A stretch of DNA of 38,160 nt from an uncultured Methyloversatilis sp. Lineage in GTDB: Bacteria > Pseudomonadota > Gammaproteobacteria > Burkholderiales > Rhodocyclaceae. The notes below the pieces were generated by a model. The model saw only the letters and a program-made list of their open reading frames with translations, did no database searches and had not been told where the DNA came from. The stretch is taken from the NCBI GenBank assembly GCA_964617225.1, contig CAZTWA010000001.1:1-38160 (forward strand), in the 5' to 3' direction. Within the stretch, counting starts at the first letter, position 1. Every line of letters starts with the position of its first letter. Of this stretch, positions 19,827 to 30,070 are shown piece by piece. Position numbers and translations under genes: made by a program.

Positions 19827-21022
19827 TCCGTACCATCCCGATCCGTGCCGTCCCCATCAACGCGGCGAATCCGGCTTGCGCCGTCTCGCCAGCGCTGACT
19901 TTCATTCCGCCGCCGCTGGCGCTGTATGTCCATTGGCCGTGGTGCGTGCGCAAGTGTCCCTACTGCGATTTCAACTCGCACGAGTCAGCACCTCAGGAAG
20001 CGGCCTACCTTGACGCGCTGATCGCCGACCTTGAAGCCGCCCTGCCGGTGATCTGGGGCCGACCGATCGTCTCGGTCTTCATCGGCGGCGGTACGCCGAG
20101 CCTGATGTCAGGCGCGACCGCCGATGCCCTGCTCGCCGCGCTGCGCATGCGCCTGCCGCTGCTGCCCGGTGCGGAGATCACGCTCGAAGCCAATCCCGGC
20201 ACCGTCGAGGCCGACCGCTTCGCGGCCTATCGCGATGCCGGCGTGAGCCGGCTCTCGCTTGGCATCCAGAGCTTCGACGACCGCAAGCTCGCCGCGCTCG
20301 GGCGTATCCATTCCGGTACTGAAGCGCGCCGCGCCATCGAACTCGCCCAGCGGCATTTCGAGCGCGTCAATCTCGACCTGATGGTTGCCCTGCCCGAGCA
20401 GACGCTGGACGAGGCACGACACGACATCGACACCGCCCGCGCCACCGGGGTTTCGCACATCAGCGCCTACCACCTGACGCTGGAGCCGAACACGGCCTTT
20501 CACCATACCCCGCCGCCCTTGCCCGACGAGGACTTGTCCGCCGACATGCTGGAGATGGTCGAGGCGACACTCGTCGATGCCGGCTTCGAGCACTACGAAA
20601 CCTCGGCCTACGCCAAACCCGGCCAGCAATGTCGGCACAACCTCAACTACTGGCAGTTCGGCGATTACCTCGGCATCGGCGCCGGCGCGCATTCGAAGCT
20701 GTCCGACCACGCGGGCATCCGCCGCGAGGCGCGCCCGCGCCATCCGAAGGATTACCTTGCCGATCCATCCGCACGCCACTGGCAACCGGTCACGCTCGAA
20801 GACCTGCCGGGCGAATTCATGATGAATGCGCTGCGCCTGACCGACGGCGTGCCGCTGGTGATGTTCAGCGAACGTACCGGTTTGCCGCTGGCAGCTATCG
20901 AAAAGTCAGCGCTGGCGGGACGGCAGGCAGGCCTGCTGGACGTGGTCGGCGATCAACTGCGGCCGACCGCCCTCGGCCGACGCTTCCTCAATCGCCTGAT
21001 CGCTTTGTTCCTGCCCGCGTAG
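19823..21022 (+). CDS. hemW: Radical SAM heme chaperone HemW (start approximate)
   Basis: YVHWPWCVRKCPYCDFN, GGGTPS, HNLNYW; rph-rdgB-hemW synteny. Confidence 0.93.
   Translation: MIRTIPIRAVPINAANPACAVSPALTFIPPPLALYVHWPWCVRKCPYCDFNSHESAPQEAAYLDALIADLEAALPVIWGRPIVSVFIGGGTPSLMSGATADALLAALRMRLPLLPGAEITLEANPGTVEADRFAAYRDAGVSRLSLGIQSFDDRKLAALGRIHSGTEARRAIELAQRHFERVNLDLMVALPEQTLDEARHDIDTARATGVSHISAYHLTLEPNTAFHHTPPPLPDEDLSADMLEMVEATLVDAGFEHYETSAYAKPGQQCRHNLNYWQFGDYLGIGAGAHSKLSDHAGIRREARPRHPKDYLADPSARHWQPVTLEDLPGEFMMNALRLTDGVPLVMFSERTGLPLAAIEKSALAGRQAGLLDVVGDQLRPTALGRRFLNRLIALFLPA
19880..19902 (-). repeat. DUS-like dispersed motif copy 6 (AAAGTCAGC GCTG GC GA GACGGC)
   Basis: In the hemW N-terminal extension, read as AVSPALTF. 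Confidence 0.9.
20902..20924 (+). repeat. DUS-like dispersed motif copy 7 (AAAGTCAGC GCTG GC GG GACGGC)
   Basis: In the hemW C-terminal region, read as KSALAGRQ. Confidence 0.9.
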
Positions 21023-21734
21023 CGTCCGGATACGGCGCCAAGTCCTTCAGCCAGGGACGAAACAGGTATTCGATCTCCGCCAGCGATTCGTCGATCGACC
21101 ACGGCAGGAACTTGGCGAACATGTCGAGCAGTGCCACCGCGTTCACCGGCGCATCCTGTTCGCAGGCCGCGCGCAGGCGATCCGCCATCGCCAGGTTGAT
21201 CTCATGCACGCGGGCGTAGTGCTGGCGCAGGCCGTCAAGATTCAGGTCGGGCGTGCCGCCGTGGCGCGCGCGGAAATACTGCGCCACCAAATACATCGAG
21301 ACGGCACGGTAGAGCGTTTCCTCCTCGTTGGCCAGCGGCAGATGAAAACGTGCCATCGGGCGCAGCCACGCCATCTCCGGACAACCGCAGGTGGCCATCA
21401 CCAGGCCCATCAGCGAGCCGAACGCCCGCTGTGCCGTGGTTTCGGCGCTGACCGTGCGGCGCGCCGAATGCATCACCACGTGCGCCATCTCATGCGAAAC
21501 CACCTTGCCCGCATCCGCCAGCAGGCCGGACAGCGACCAGGCCATCGGGCAATCAACCGTTCCGGTATTGGCCAGTGGACAGTTTGGGCAGGTATGGAAG
21601 TCGAGGCGCGCCCATCCCGGTGGTGAGACCGCCGGCGGCTGCGCTTCCAGGGTTTCCGCATCGAGACGAACGAGGTGTTCCAGCGGCCCCGCGGGCAGGG
21701 TGATGGAATAGCGGAAGTCGAGGGTCTCAGCCAT
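20988..21734 (-). CDS. Conserved hypothetical Cys-rich protein (DUF6901-like)
   Basis: CPNCPL...CP and [10 protein letters not shown] motifs; start overlaps the trmB end. Confidence 0.75.
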   Translation of the reverse strand: MAETLDFRYSITLPAGPLEHLVRLDAETLEAQPPAVSPPGWARLDFHTCPNCPLANTGTVDCPMAWSLSGLLADAGKVVSHEMAHVVMHSARRTVSAETTAQRAFGSLMGLVMATCGCPEMAWLRPMARFHLPLANEEETLYRAVSMYLVAQYFRARHGGTPDLNLDGLRQHYARVHEINLAMADRLRAACEQDAPVNAVALLDMFAKFLPWSIDESLAEIEYLFRPWLKDLAPYPDATRAGTKRSGD

Positions 21735-22425
21735 CTCGCAAGAATAGAACATCCCAGACACCGTGTCCGAGGCGCAGGCCGCGCGCTTCGAACTTGGTCT
21801 GCGGCCGCCAGGCCGGGCGCGCTGCAAAACCCGTTGCCGCATTTTTCAGCAAGGGTTCCGCCGACAGGACGTCGAGCATCTGCTGCGCGTATTCCTCCCA
21901 GTCGGTGGCGCAATGCAGGTAACCGCCGGGCGCGAGACGGGAGGCCAGCAGGGCAACGAAGGCGGGCTGGAGCAGGCGCCGTTTGTGATGGCGCTTCTTC
22001 GGCCAGGGATCAGGAAAATAAACGTGGATGCCGGCAAGCGCTCCCGCAGGAATCATGTCGCGCACCACTTCGACGGCATCATGCTGGATCACGCGCAGGT
22101 TGGTCAGTTCGCGCGTGGCGATTTCCTTGAGCAGGCTGCCGACCCCCGGCGTATGCACCTCGATGCCAATATAGTCGTTGTCCGGATGCGCGGCGGCGAT
22201 GGTCGCGGTCGTTTCACCCATGCCGCAGCCGATTTCGAGGATTTTCTTTCCCTCGCGCCCGAACGCCGCGTTCAGGTCGAGCGCGCCGGGCGCATAGGGG
22301 ATGCCCCAACGCGGCAGGCCCTCGTCGTAGTAGCGCTGCTGCGCGTTCGACACGCGCCCCTGCCGCAGCACGAAGCTGCGGATGTGATCGCGGCGGGCGA
22401 CGGAATCATTGTCTGCTGACGTCAT
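21727..22425 (-). CDS. trmB: tRNA (guanine-N7)-methyltransferase
   Basis: [36 protein letters not shown]. Confidence 0.97.
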   Translation of the reverse strand: MTSADNDSVARRDHIRSFVLRQGRVSNAQQRYYDEGLPRWGIPYAPGALDLNAAFGREGKKILEIGCGMGETTATIAAAHPDNDYIGIEVHTPGVGSLLKEIATRELTNLRVIQHDAVEVVRDMIPAGALAGIHVYFPDPWPKKRHHKRRLLQPAFVALLASRLAPGGYLHCATDWEEYAQQMLDVLSAEPLLKNAATGFAARPAWRPQTKFEARGLRLGHGVWDVLFLRDG

Positions 22426-22900
22426 GGATCATCTCGAGTTGCGCTGCGAAATCATAGCGGGGTTGGCTCAGTGCTTCGGGGAGGGTGGCGCACGCCTCCG
22501 ACAACGGGATGGCGCCGAGCGAAGGATAAATCGTCTCCTTGAGCCCAATGACCCGCGCGATGTCCTGCCACTGGGCCCGCCCGGCCTGGTCGCCGTAGTG
22601 ATGCGCGGCCAGCGTAATGCGCACCGCGTCGAGCGCCTCGCGCTGCGCCGCATGCCAGGCATCGTAGGCCTGCTGCGCCGCCACCGCGTTCTCGTTCTTG
22701 TCGAGGCAGCCCGAGAGCAGCAGATGCACGCCATGCGCGAGGCCGAAGATGCGCTGTTGCAGCAGAAGGTCGGGACGTTCGAAGGCGTAGCCCAGATGAA
22801 GCGGCGACAGCGGCTCGGCTGCCGGCAGGCCGTCCTGCGCACGGACACTGCCGCCTGCCAGCAGCAGGCCGCCCAACAGCGCGCGCAGCGGGAACTTCAC
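22406..22900 (-). CDS. Hypothetical exported protein
   Basis: GTG start overlapping the thiG stop; signal peptide-like [20 protein letters not shown]; two Cys. Confidence 0.7.
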   Translation of the reverse strand: MKFPLRALLGGLLLAGGSVRAQDGLPAAEPLSPLHLGYAFERPDLLLQQRIFGLAHGVHLLLSGCLDKNENAVAAQQAYDAWHAAQREALDAVRITLAAHHYGDQAGRAQWQDIARVIGLKETIYPSLGAIPLSEACATLPEALSQPRYDFAAQLEMIHDVSRQ

Positions 22901-23685
22901 TTGCCGCCGATCAGGCCCGACATCGGCGAGCTCGGGCTCGCGGAATAGAGTTTCTTGGGCATGCGCCCGGCCAGGAACGCTTCGCGACCGGCCTCGACCG
23001 CCTTCTTCATCGCACCAGCCATGCGCACGGGATCCCGGGCGCCGGCGATCGCCGTGTTCATCAGCACGCCGTCGCAGCCCAGTTCCATCGCGATCGCCGC
23101 GTCGGAGGCCGTGCCGACACCGGCATCGACCAGCACCGGCACCTCGGCCTTTTCGAGGATCAGGGCGAGGTTCCACGGGTTGAGGATGCCCATGCCCGAA
23201 CCGATCAGCGACGCGAGCGGCATCACCGCGATGCAGCCGATGCCTTCAAGGAGCTTGGCCTGAATCGGATCGTCGGAGCAATACACCATGACCTGGAAGC
23301 CTTCCTTGACCAGCGTCTCCGCGGCCTTGAGGGTTTCTGGCATGTTCGGGAACAGCGTCTGCGGGTCGCCGAGCACCTCGAGCTTGACGAGCGCATGGCC
23401 GTCGAGCAGTTCGCGCGCGAGCCGCAGCGTGCGCACCGCTTCCTCGGCGGAATAGCAACCGGCGGTATTCGGCAGGTAGGTGAACTTCGAGGGCGGCAGG
23501 GCGTCGAGAAGCGACGGTTGCTTCGGATCCTGGCCGATGTTGGTGCGGCGAATGGCCACGGTTACGATTTCGGCACCGCTCGCCTCGACGGCACGGCGCG
23601 TCTCGTCGAAATCCCTGTACTTGCCGGTGCCGACGAGCAGGCGCGAATGGTAGGCCTTGCCGGCGAGGGTGAGTGTGTCTTCCAT
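22897..23685 (-). CDS. thiG: Thiazole synthase
   Basis: [32 protein letters not shown]. Confidence 0.98.
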   Translation of the reverse strand: MEDTLTLAGKAYHSRLLVGTGKYRDFDETRRAVEASGAEIVTVAIRRTNIGQDPKQPSLLDALPPSKFTYLPNTAGCYSAEEAVRTLRLARELLDGHALVKLEVLGDPQTLFPNMPETLKAAETLVKEGFQVMVYCSDDPIQAKLLEGIGCIAVMPLASLIGSGMGILNPWNLALILEKAEVPVLVDAGVGTASDAAIAMELGCDGVLMNTAIAGARDPVRMAGAMKKAVEAGREAFLAGRMPKKLYSASPSSPMSGLIGGK

Positions 23686-23705
23686 GATTTTCCTGTTTTC
23701 CTGTA

Positions 23706-23909
23706 TTAGCCACCACCGACGGCGACGACGATTTCGAGCTGGTCCCCGGCCTTGAGCGGCGTGGTTGCGTGCAGGCTCTTGGGCACGATTTCGCCGTTCC
23801 TTTCCACGGCCACACGCTTGCCGAGCAGGCCTTCCTGTGCCAGCAATCCGGCCACGGTCAGCGGAGGGGCGAACTGGCGTGCCACGCCATTGAGAACGAT
23901 TTCGATCAT
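23706..23909 (-). CDS. thiS: Sulfur carrier protein ThiS
   Basis: [12 protein letters not shown]-terminal GGG, upstream of thiG. Confidence 0.95.
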   Translation of the reverse strand: MIEIVLNGVARQFAPPLTVAGLLAQEGLLGKRVAVERNGEIVPKSLHATTPLKAGDQLEIVVAVGGG

Positions 23910-24001
23910 GGCGCGAATTCTACCTTGCGGCGTGCCGCTTGACCCCGTTTCCCCGCCGCTGCATACTGCCGTCATAACGACGCAGCGAGCCTCGACCACG
24001 C

Positions 24002-25291
24002 ATGCAATCCGCCCTCCCCACCTCCCCCGCACCGGGTTTCATGGAGCGCCTGCGCAACGCCGGCGTCGAGCCAGGCGACAGCGCGGAACTCCGGCTCAAC
24101 AAGCAGTTGCTGGTCTTCGCCACCGGCCTGGTCAGCGCGGCCTCGATGCTCTGGCTGGCCATCTACTGGGCCATCGGGCCGCAGTTCTCGGCCACCCTGC
24201 CCTACGCCTTCCAGCTCATTCTGGCCGGCAACCTGGCGCTCTACATCCAGCTGCGCAACTTCGACTTTTTCCGGCTCTCGCAGCTGGCGCTGTTCCTGTT
24301 CGCACCCTTCGTGATGCAGTGGAGCATCGGTAACTTCATCACCGGTAGCGGCATCATCCTCTGGGGCCTGCTGGCCCCCTTCGGCGCGATCCTGTTTTTC
24401 GGCGTGCGCGAATCCGTGGCCTGGTTCTTCGCCTGGGTGTTCTTCACGGCACTGACGGGAGTCTTCGACTTCCTGCTCGCCGATGCCTACGCTGCCCAGA
24501 AACTGGCGATTTCCCTGCGCACCAGCATGGTGTTCTTCGCGCTCAACTTCATCGCCGTGGCCACGATCATCTATGTGCTGCTGCGCTACTCGATCCAGGA
24601 AAAGCGCAAGATCCAGGAGCGTCTCGAGGACGCGCATCAGATGTTGCAAGTGGAAAAATACCGCTCCGAGCAACTGTTGCTCAACGTGCTGCCCGCGCCG
24701 GTGGCCCAGCGCCTCAAGACGTCCACCGCCACGATCGCCGATGGCTTCCCTGCCGCGACGGTGATGTTCGCCGACTTGGTCAATTTCACCCGCGTCGCCT
24801 CGCACATGACGCCAGAGCAGGTATTCGGCATGCTCAACAGCATTTTCTCGGCCTTCGACGATTTGTGCGAGCGCTTCGGCCTGGAAAAGATCAAGACCAT
24901 CGGCGACGCCTACATGGCTGCCGGCGGCATCAACAGCAGCAATGAAGATCATGCGGCGGCCAGCGCCGATTTCGCGCTGGCGATGCAGGCAGTGCTGCAC
25001 CGGGACTACCAGATCAACGCCGCCCACATGGAGATCCGTGTCGGCATCGCGACCGGGCCCGTCGTCGCGGGGGTGGTCGGCAAGCACAAGTTCATCTACG
25101 ACGTCTGGGGCGACACGGTCAACCTGGCCAGCCGCATCACGAGCGAAGGCTCCCCGGGTTCGATCCATTGCGATGCGGCGACGCACGCGCGGCTCGCCCC
25201 GCAATTCACCTTCGAAGGCCCCTTCAGCATCAACCTCAAGGGCAAGGGCGCAATGACCGTCTATCGCTTGCTAGGGCGTCACACCGGCTGA
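24002..25291 (+). CDS. Membrane-anchored class III adenylate/guanylate cyclase
   Basis: About 6 [39 protein letters not shown]. Confidence 0.94.
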   Translation: MQSALPTSPAPGFMERLRNAGVEPGDSAELRLNKQLLVFATGLVSAASMLWLAIYWAIGPQFSATLPYAFQLILAGNLALYIQLRNFDFFRLSQLALFLFAPFVMQWSIGNFITGSGIILWGLLAPFGAILFFGVRESVAWFFAWVFFTALTGVFDFLLADAYAAQKLAISLRTSMVFFALNFIAVATIIYVLLRYSIQEKRKIQERLEDAHQMLQVEKYRSEQLLLNVLPAPVAQRLKTSTATIADGFPAATVMFADLVNFTRVASHMTPEQVFGMLNSIFSAFDDLCERFGLEKIKTIGDAYMAAGGINSSNEDHAAASADFALAMQAVLHRDYQINAAHMEIRVGIATGPVVAGVVGKHKFIYDVWGDTVNLASRITSEGSPGSIHCDAATHARLAPQFTFEGPFSINLKGKGAMTVYRLLGRHTG

Positions 25292-27001
25292 ATCGACGCG
25301 CTGCGCGTCCGGACGCGCCAGCAGGAAGCTTACGCAGCCGTCGATGTTGCTGGCCAGTTCCAGCCGATAGCCGGCTTCCTCGGCTTGGCGGGCGCACTGG
25401 TACAGCCCGATGCCAAGACCGTCCTCCGAGGTCACGCGTTCTTTCAGCAGCCGGTCGGCGAGCGCTGCAGGGATCGCACGGCCATCGTCGCTCACCTCCA
25501 GTACCGTGCCACCCTGCGCGCAGACAAGACGCAGCGTCGCCTGCACACCGGGCTGTGTCAGACGTTTTGCGTTGATGTTCTGCAGCAGGTTTTCCGCGAC
25601 GCTCGAAAACAAGGCCGGATCCTCGACATGGCAGGTCAACAGGTCGCCCACGGCGATCACGCGCGTATCCGCGTCGGCGTACCGCTTTTCCAGCGACGCC
25701 AACCAGTCGTCTGCCGGCATGGGCGCGGCGGGCAACCGCCTGCCCGGCTCGACGAGTTTGTCGAGCGTCTGCCGCAGTCGGGACGATATCTCCGGCAACT
25801 GTCGCCGCAACAACTCGCCAAACCGGGGGGACGGCGAAACACCAGCCTCATTCGCCACCGCGCACAGCGTATCCAGCGATTGCAGCAGATTCTTCACGTC
25901 GTGGGTCAGACGCGCACCGGTTTCATAGACCGCCTGGATATAGGACAGCCGTTTCAGTTCCTGGGCGCGCCATTTGCCCAGATAAAACTCGGAAAGCAGG
26001 CGGACAACCAAATCGTAGTGCCAGCGCAGGGCCGGGCTCGGCTCGAAGCGGGTCACCAGTTCAACGCTCAGACGACCGTGGGTAAAGGCCGTTCGATAGC
26101 CCTTGGGATCGCCAAAGACATCCTGCGCCCCGATACCCTCCCAGCGCCCGCCCTTCACGCCCGGCAAGCGCTTCGGCAGCTCGGCGCAGGCCAGCGCCAG
26201 AAAGTGGTCGGGGTCCTCTTCATTCTTGCCCAATTCAGCAAGCGATTGCAGCCATTCCTCGACGGGCAGACCGAGCGTCATCACGTGCTGTGCCACTGCA
26301 GCGCCCAGGCCGGCGAAGCCTGCGCGCGGGTCCCAGATGAAGCCGAGCAGGAGCAGTACGCCGGCGACGACACCGAGCGTGATCAGTTGCGACTCGAGAA
26401 AACCGGCCTTGAAGAGGAGCGAATAACTCAGACTGCCCAGGACGATCACGGCGAGCAACAGAAAGACGAACATGCCATAGACGAAATCGACGATCTCGGC
26501 CCGCTCTTCCGCCATGCCCTGCTTGACTGGCAAGGCCGCCATGAAGAGCAGGATCAGCGGCGACAGATAGAGCACCAGACGGGCGAGCATGGGTTCGCCC
26601 AAGTTGAGCGACAGTAGCGACGCGGGCAGGATTAGCGCCAGTACCACAGTAACGAGATAGCCGAGCGCAGCCAGGTGGAACAACCGTTCCCAGCGATCGG
26701 GGAACATGAAAACCTTGCCGCCAACCACGCCCGCGAGCAGCATCGTCCACAACAGCAAGATGCCCCAGTTGAGGAAAAAGGCGAGGAACGCCGCGCTCAG
26801 CACGACGATCAGGGTGGCCCCCGGGCCGAATCGCCGTCGTGGCTGAACGAAAGGCTGCCAGAGCAGGCCCAAGCCGATGTGGGAAAGAAACAGCCAGCGC
26901 CCGATGACGCTCTCCGGCCCCAGCGCAAAGACCAGGTGTAAGGCCCCAAGCAGCATCAGGAAGATCCAGCGACGGCGGGCAGAGGATTGAACTGAAGACA
27001 T
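25271..27001 (-). CDS. Polytopic membrane sensor histidine kinase (orphan)
   Basis: About 8 TM, H-box LTHDVKN, N-box ENLLQN, G1 DDG, G2 GLGIGLY. Confidence 0.88.
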   Translation of the reverse strand: MSSVQSSARRRWIFLMLLGALHLVFALGPESVIGRWLFLSHIGLGLLWQPFVQPRRRFGPGATLIVVLSAAFLAFFLNWGILLLWTMLLAGVVGGKVFMFPDRWERLFHLAALGYLVTVVLALILPASLLSLNLGEPMLARLVLYLSPLILLFMAALPVKQGMAEERAEIVDFVYGMFVFLLLAVIVLGSLSYSLLFKAGFLESQLITLGVVAGVLLLLGFIWDPRAGFAGLGAAVAQHVMTLGLPVEEWLQSLAELGKNEEDPDHFLALACAELPKRLPGVKGGRWEGIGAQDVFGDPKGYRTAFTHGRLSVELVTRFEPSPALRWHYDLVVRLLSEFYLGKWRAQELKRLSYIQAVYETGARLTHDVKNLLQSLDTLCAVANEAGVSPSPRFGELLRRQLPEISSRLRQTLDKLVEPGRRLPAAPMPADDWLASLEKRYADADTRVIAVGDLLTCHVEDPALFSSVAENLLQNINAKRLTQPGVQATLRLVCAQGGTVLEVSDDGRAIPAALADRLLKERVTSEDGLGIGLYQCARQAEEAGYRLELASNIDGCVSFLLARPDAQRVDSAGVTP

Positions 27002-27216
27002 CCGTTCAGGAATGTTGGATAACGATTTGATTCTAGCTTGGCACTTGGGATGCACTGCCGAAATGACGCGCTTTCGACAGGCTGTCTATTTTTCGACACA
27101 ATTTGGCTGTGATAAGGGTCTATCCGGTAACTAACTTCAATTAAATTAGGCCGGAATCGCCGGCTTTTTCAGTTCATCACCGGTAATTCGAAGGGTTAGC
27201 ATCGTATTGCCAACAA

Positions 27217-27232
27217 TGGCACAGAACATGCT
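27217..27232 (+). promoter_or_regulatory. Sigma54 -24/-12 promoter of the pilin-like gene
   Basis: TGGCAC-AGAAC-ATGCT, 37 bp before the ATG. Confidence 0.7.
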
Positions 27233-27269
27233 TTAATTCTCTCAGCTATAACTTTGGTGGAGTAGAAGA

Positions 27270-27953
27270 ATGAACAAGCAATCGGGTTTCACCCTCGTCG
27301 AGATCGCCATCGTCCTGGTGATCATCGGTTTGTTGCTGGGCGGCGTCCTCAAGGGCCAAGAACTGATCAACAGCGCGAAGGTCAAGAACATCGCCAACGA
27401 CCTGCGTTCGATATCAACCTTCATCTATGCCTATCAGGACAAGTTCAAGGCCCTGCCGGGTGACGACCCTCTCGTCGTCAATCACGTCGGCGCCGGTGCC
27501 ACCGCGAACGCTACCTTGTGCAGCGCTGGTAACCCGAGCCCCTGCGCAGGCGATGCACGCATCAACGGCGCGTGGAACTCGGCTGCGGGCACGGAAAGCT
27601 TCCTGTTCTGGCAGCACGTGCGCATGGCCAACCTGGCGAGCGGTACGCCCGACACGACCAGCGGCGAGTACCTGCCCCGCAACGCCGATGGTGGCCCGCT
27701 CGGCATCACGGGCGATCCTGTCTCGACCGTCGTACCGAATCCCTGGCCGGCGAACTTCTATGTCTGCACGGCCGGCGTGCAGGGTCGCTTCGCGCGCCAG
27801 ATCGACACCACAATCGATGACGGCAACACCTCGACGGGCACCGTGCGCGTCCTCGGCGCTGCGGCGGGCGGCACGCTGGCAACGGCGGCCACCTTCTATA
27901 CCGTCACACCGGCGGACGATGCCACCCTCTACACGGTGTGCGTCGCCAACTGA
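27270..27953 (+). CDS. Type IV pilin/pseudopilin-like protein
   Basis: Class III signal G|FTLVE, hydrophobic helix, four Cys; own promoter and terminator. Confidence 0.9.
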   Translation: MNKQSGFTLVEIAIVLVIIGLLLGGVLKGQELINSAKVKNIANDLRSISTFIYAYQDKFKALPGDDPLVVNHVGAGATANATLCSAGNPSPCAGDARINGAWNSAAGTESFLFWQHVRMANLASGTPDTTSGEYLPRNADGGPLGITGDPVSTVVPNPWPANFYVCTAGVQGRFARQIDTTIDDGNTSTGTVRVLGAAAGGTLATAATFYTVTPADDATLYTVCVAN

Positions 27954-27973
27954 CCAAAGATTGCCTCGAACGC

Positions 27974-27998
27974 AAAGCCCGCTTCGGCGGGCTTTTTT
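27974..27998 (+). terminator. Intrinsic terminator (probably bidirectional)
   Basis: AAAGCCCGC-TTCG-GCGGGCTTTTTT. Confidence 0.9.
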
Positions 27999-28002
27999 GT
28001 TG

Positions 28003-29967
28003 CTAGCCGCGCAGCAGCCGCTCTTCGCCTGCGGCGACAGCAGCCGCGCTGCCACGAATGACCACCACATCGCCGGCCCGGAGAAGCGTCGCGCCATCAA
28101 AGCTGAGTTGCGACTGGTTCCGACGACGGATTGCCGTCACGCCAGCGCTGACTTTCGCGATATTGACCTCGTCGAGGCTGCGACCAACAGCCCAGGCCCC
28201 GGCATCGAGCATGACCGCGTGCAGGCGGGGCTGGTCCGAATCCGCCAGGCCTTCGCCCGCATCCGAGGCGCCATGGAAGAAGCCGCGCAACAGCGCGTAA
28301 TGCTGCTCGCGGAGTTCGCGCAAGCGCCGGATGACGCGGTGCATCGGCACGCCGACCAGCGCGAGCGCATGGGTTGCCAGCATGACCGACGACTCGAGCG
28401 CCTCGGGCACGACCTCCGCGACGCCCGCCTGGAACAGCCGTTCGGCATCGTCTTCCTCGCGCGAACGCGCCACGATCGGCAGGTCGGGCCGCATTTCGTG
28501 GACACGCTCGACGAGATGCAGCGTCGTGGCGAGGTCCGCGAAGGTCACCACCAGCACGCTGGCGCGGGCGATACCCGCCGCCTGCAAGTTCTCGCGCCGG
28601 GTACAGTCCCCCCAGGCCACGGGTTCGCCCGCCGCGGCCGCCTCGCGCACACGCTCCGGATCGAGATCGATTGCCATGAAGCCAATCTTCTCCGTCTCGA
28701 GAAAGCGTGCCAGATGCTGGCCGGTCTTGCCATAGCCGCAGAGGATCGCATGCTTGTCGGTGGCCACTGTCTGGGCCGCGATCTGGGTCAGTTGCATCGA
28801 GCGCATCAGCCATTCCGAAGCGACGAAGCGCAGCGCCACGCGATCGGAATAATGCACGATCAGCGGCGCGATCATCATCGACATCACCATCGCCGCCAGC
28901 ACCGGCTGGATCAGCACAGGATCGACCAGCCCGGTGTCCGTCGCGCGCGCGACGAGGACGAAGCCGAACTCCCCCGCAGTACATAGCCACAAGCCCGTGC
29001 GCAGCGACGTTCCCGGGCTGCTGCCCAGCAGGCGCGAGAGCGTGCCGGCGACGATCAGTTTGGCCGCCAGGAGCAGCGCCAGCATGGCGAGCAGCCGCAA
29101 GGCATCGTTCCAGATCGCCACGGGATTGAGCATCATGCCGGTGGACACGAAGAACAGGCCCAGCAGCACGTCGCGGAACGGCTTGATGTCCTCTTCGACC
29201 TGGTAGCGATACTCGGTTTCCGAAATCAGCATGCCGGCGACAAAGGCGCCCAGCGCCGGCGAGAGGCCGGCCAGCTCGGTCAGCGTAGCGAAAGCGAGCG
29301 TCACCAGCAGCACGTTGAGCATGAAGAGTTCGCTGGACTTGCGCCGCGCCACCATGCCGAACCAGGCGTGCATCAGCCGCTGGCCGATGAACAGGACCAG
29401 CGCCAGCAGCACGGCCGCTTTCGCAAGCGCCCACCCCACTTCGCCGGCCAGCGCCTCGACCGGCTGCGACAGCGCGGGAATCAGGACGAGCAACGGCACC
29501 ACGGCCAGATCCTGGAACAGCAGCACGCCCATCACCTCGCGCCCGTGCGCGGCATCGAGTTCGCGCCGATCGGTCAGCAACTTCGACAGGATTGCCGTCG
29601 AGGACATTGCCAGCGCGCCCCCAAGCGCCACGCTGGCCTGCCACGACACGCCCCATAGCAGGGCCCCGACCACGACAGCCAGCAGGGTCACCAGCACCTG
29701 CGCCAGCCCCAGGCCGAACACGATGTGCTTCATGGCAAAGAGGCGCGGCAGCGAAAACTCGAGGCCAATGGTGAACATCAGGAAGACGACGCCAAACTCC
29801 GCCAGCCGATGGGCGCTATCGGTATCGGGCAGGACGCCGAGCGCATGCGGGCCGGCGACCGCCCCCACCAACAGGTAGCCGAGGATCGGCGGCAGGCCCA
29901 AACTGCGGCAGATCACCACGCCAAGCACCGCGGCCGCCAGCAGCAGCAGGATCAGGTGCAGGGTCAA
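28003..29967 (-). CDS. CPA2-family (Kef-like) cation:proton antiporter with KTN/TrkA-N and TrkA-C domains
   Basis: GVVFLMFTIGLEFS, GVLLFQDLAVVP, CGYGKTG Rossmann motif; GAGGAG RBS before TTG at 29967. Confidence 0.93.
   Translation of the reverse strand: MTLHLILLLLAAAVLGVVICRSLGLPPILGYLLVGAVAGPHALGVLPDTDSAHRLAEFGVVFLMFTIGLEFSLPRLFAMKHIVFGLGLAQVLVTLLAVVVGALLWGVSWQASVALGGALAMSSTAILSKLLTDRRELDAAHGREVMGVLLFQDLAVVPLLVLIPALSQPVEALAGEVGWALAKAAVLLALVLFIGQRLMHAWFGMVARRKSSELFMLNVLLVTLAFATLTELAGLSPALGAFVAGMLISETEYRYQVEEDIKPFRDVLLGLFFVSTGMMLNPVAIWNDALRLLAMLALLLAAKLIVAGTLSRLLGSSPGTSLRTGLWLCTAGEFGFVLVARATDTGLVDPVLIQPVLAAMVMSMMIAPLIVHYSDRVALRFVASEWLMRSMQLTQIAAQTVATDKHAILCGYGKTGQHLARFLETEKIGFMAIDLDPERVREAAAAGEPVAWGDCTRRENLQAAGIARASVLVVTFADLATTLHLVERVHEMRPDLPIVARSREEDDAERLFQAGVAEVVPEALESSVMLATHALALVGVPMHRVIRRLRELREQHYALLRGFFHGASDAGEGLADSDQPRLHAVMLDAGAWAVGRSLDEVNIAKVSAGVTAIRRRNQSQLSFDGATLLRAGDVVVIRGSAAAVAAGEERLLRG
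28133..28155 (-). repeat. DUS-like dispersed motif copy 8 (AAAGTCAGC GCTG GC GT GACGGC)
   Basis: In the antiporter C-terminal domain, read as KVSAGVTA. Confidence 0.9.
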
Positions 29968-30070
29968 GTGCGCACTCCTCGGTCTCTCGCCATGTCGGTA
30001 TTTCGCAGGGTCGTTATAATTTGCCTCAATCATAACCGCCTTCGCGGGCCGCCCACCCCGCGTCATCCCG

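Noticed and set aside
23910-24001. TPP riboswitch upstream of thiS-thiG
   Set aside because: Only 92 bp shared with a divergent gene and no THI-box consensus visible.
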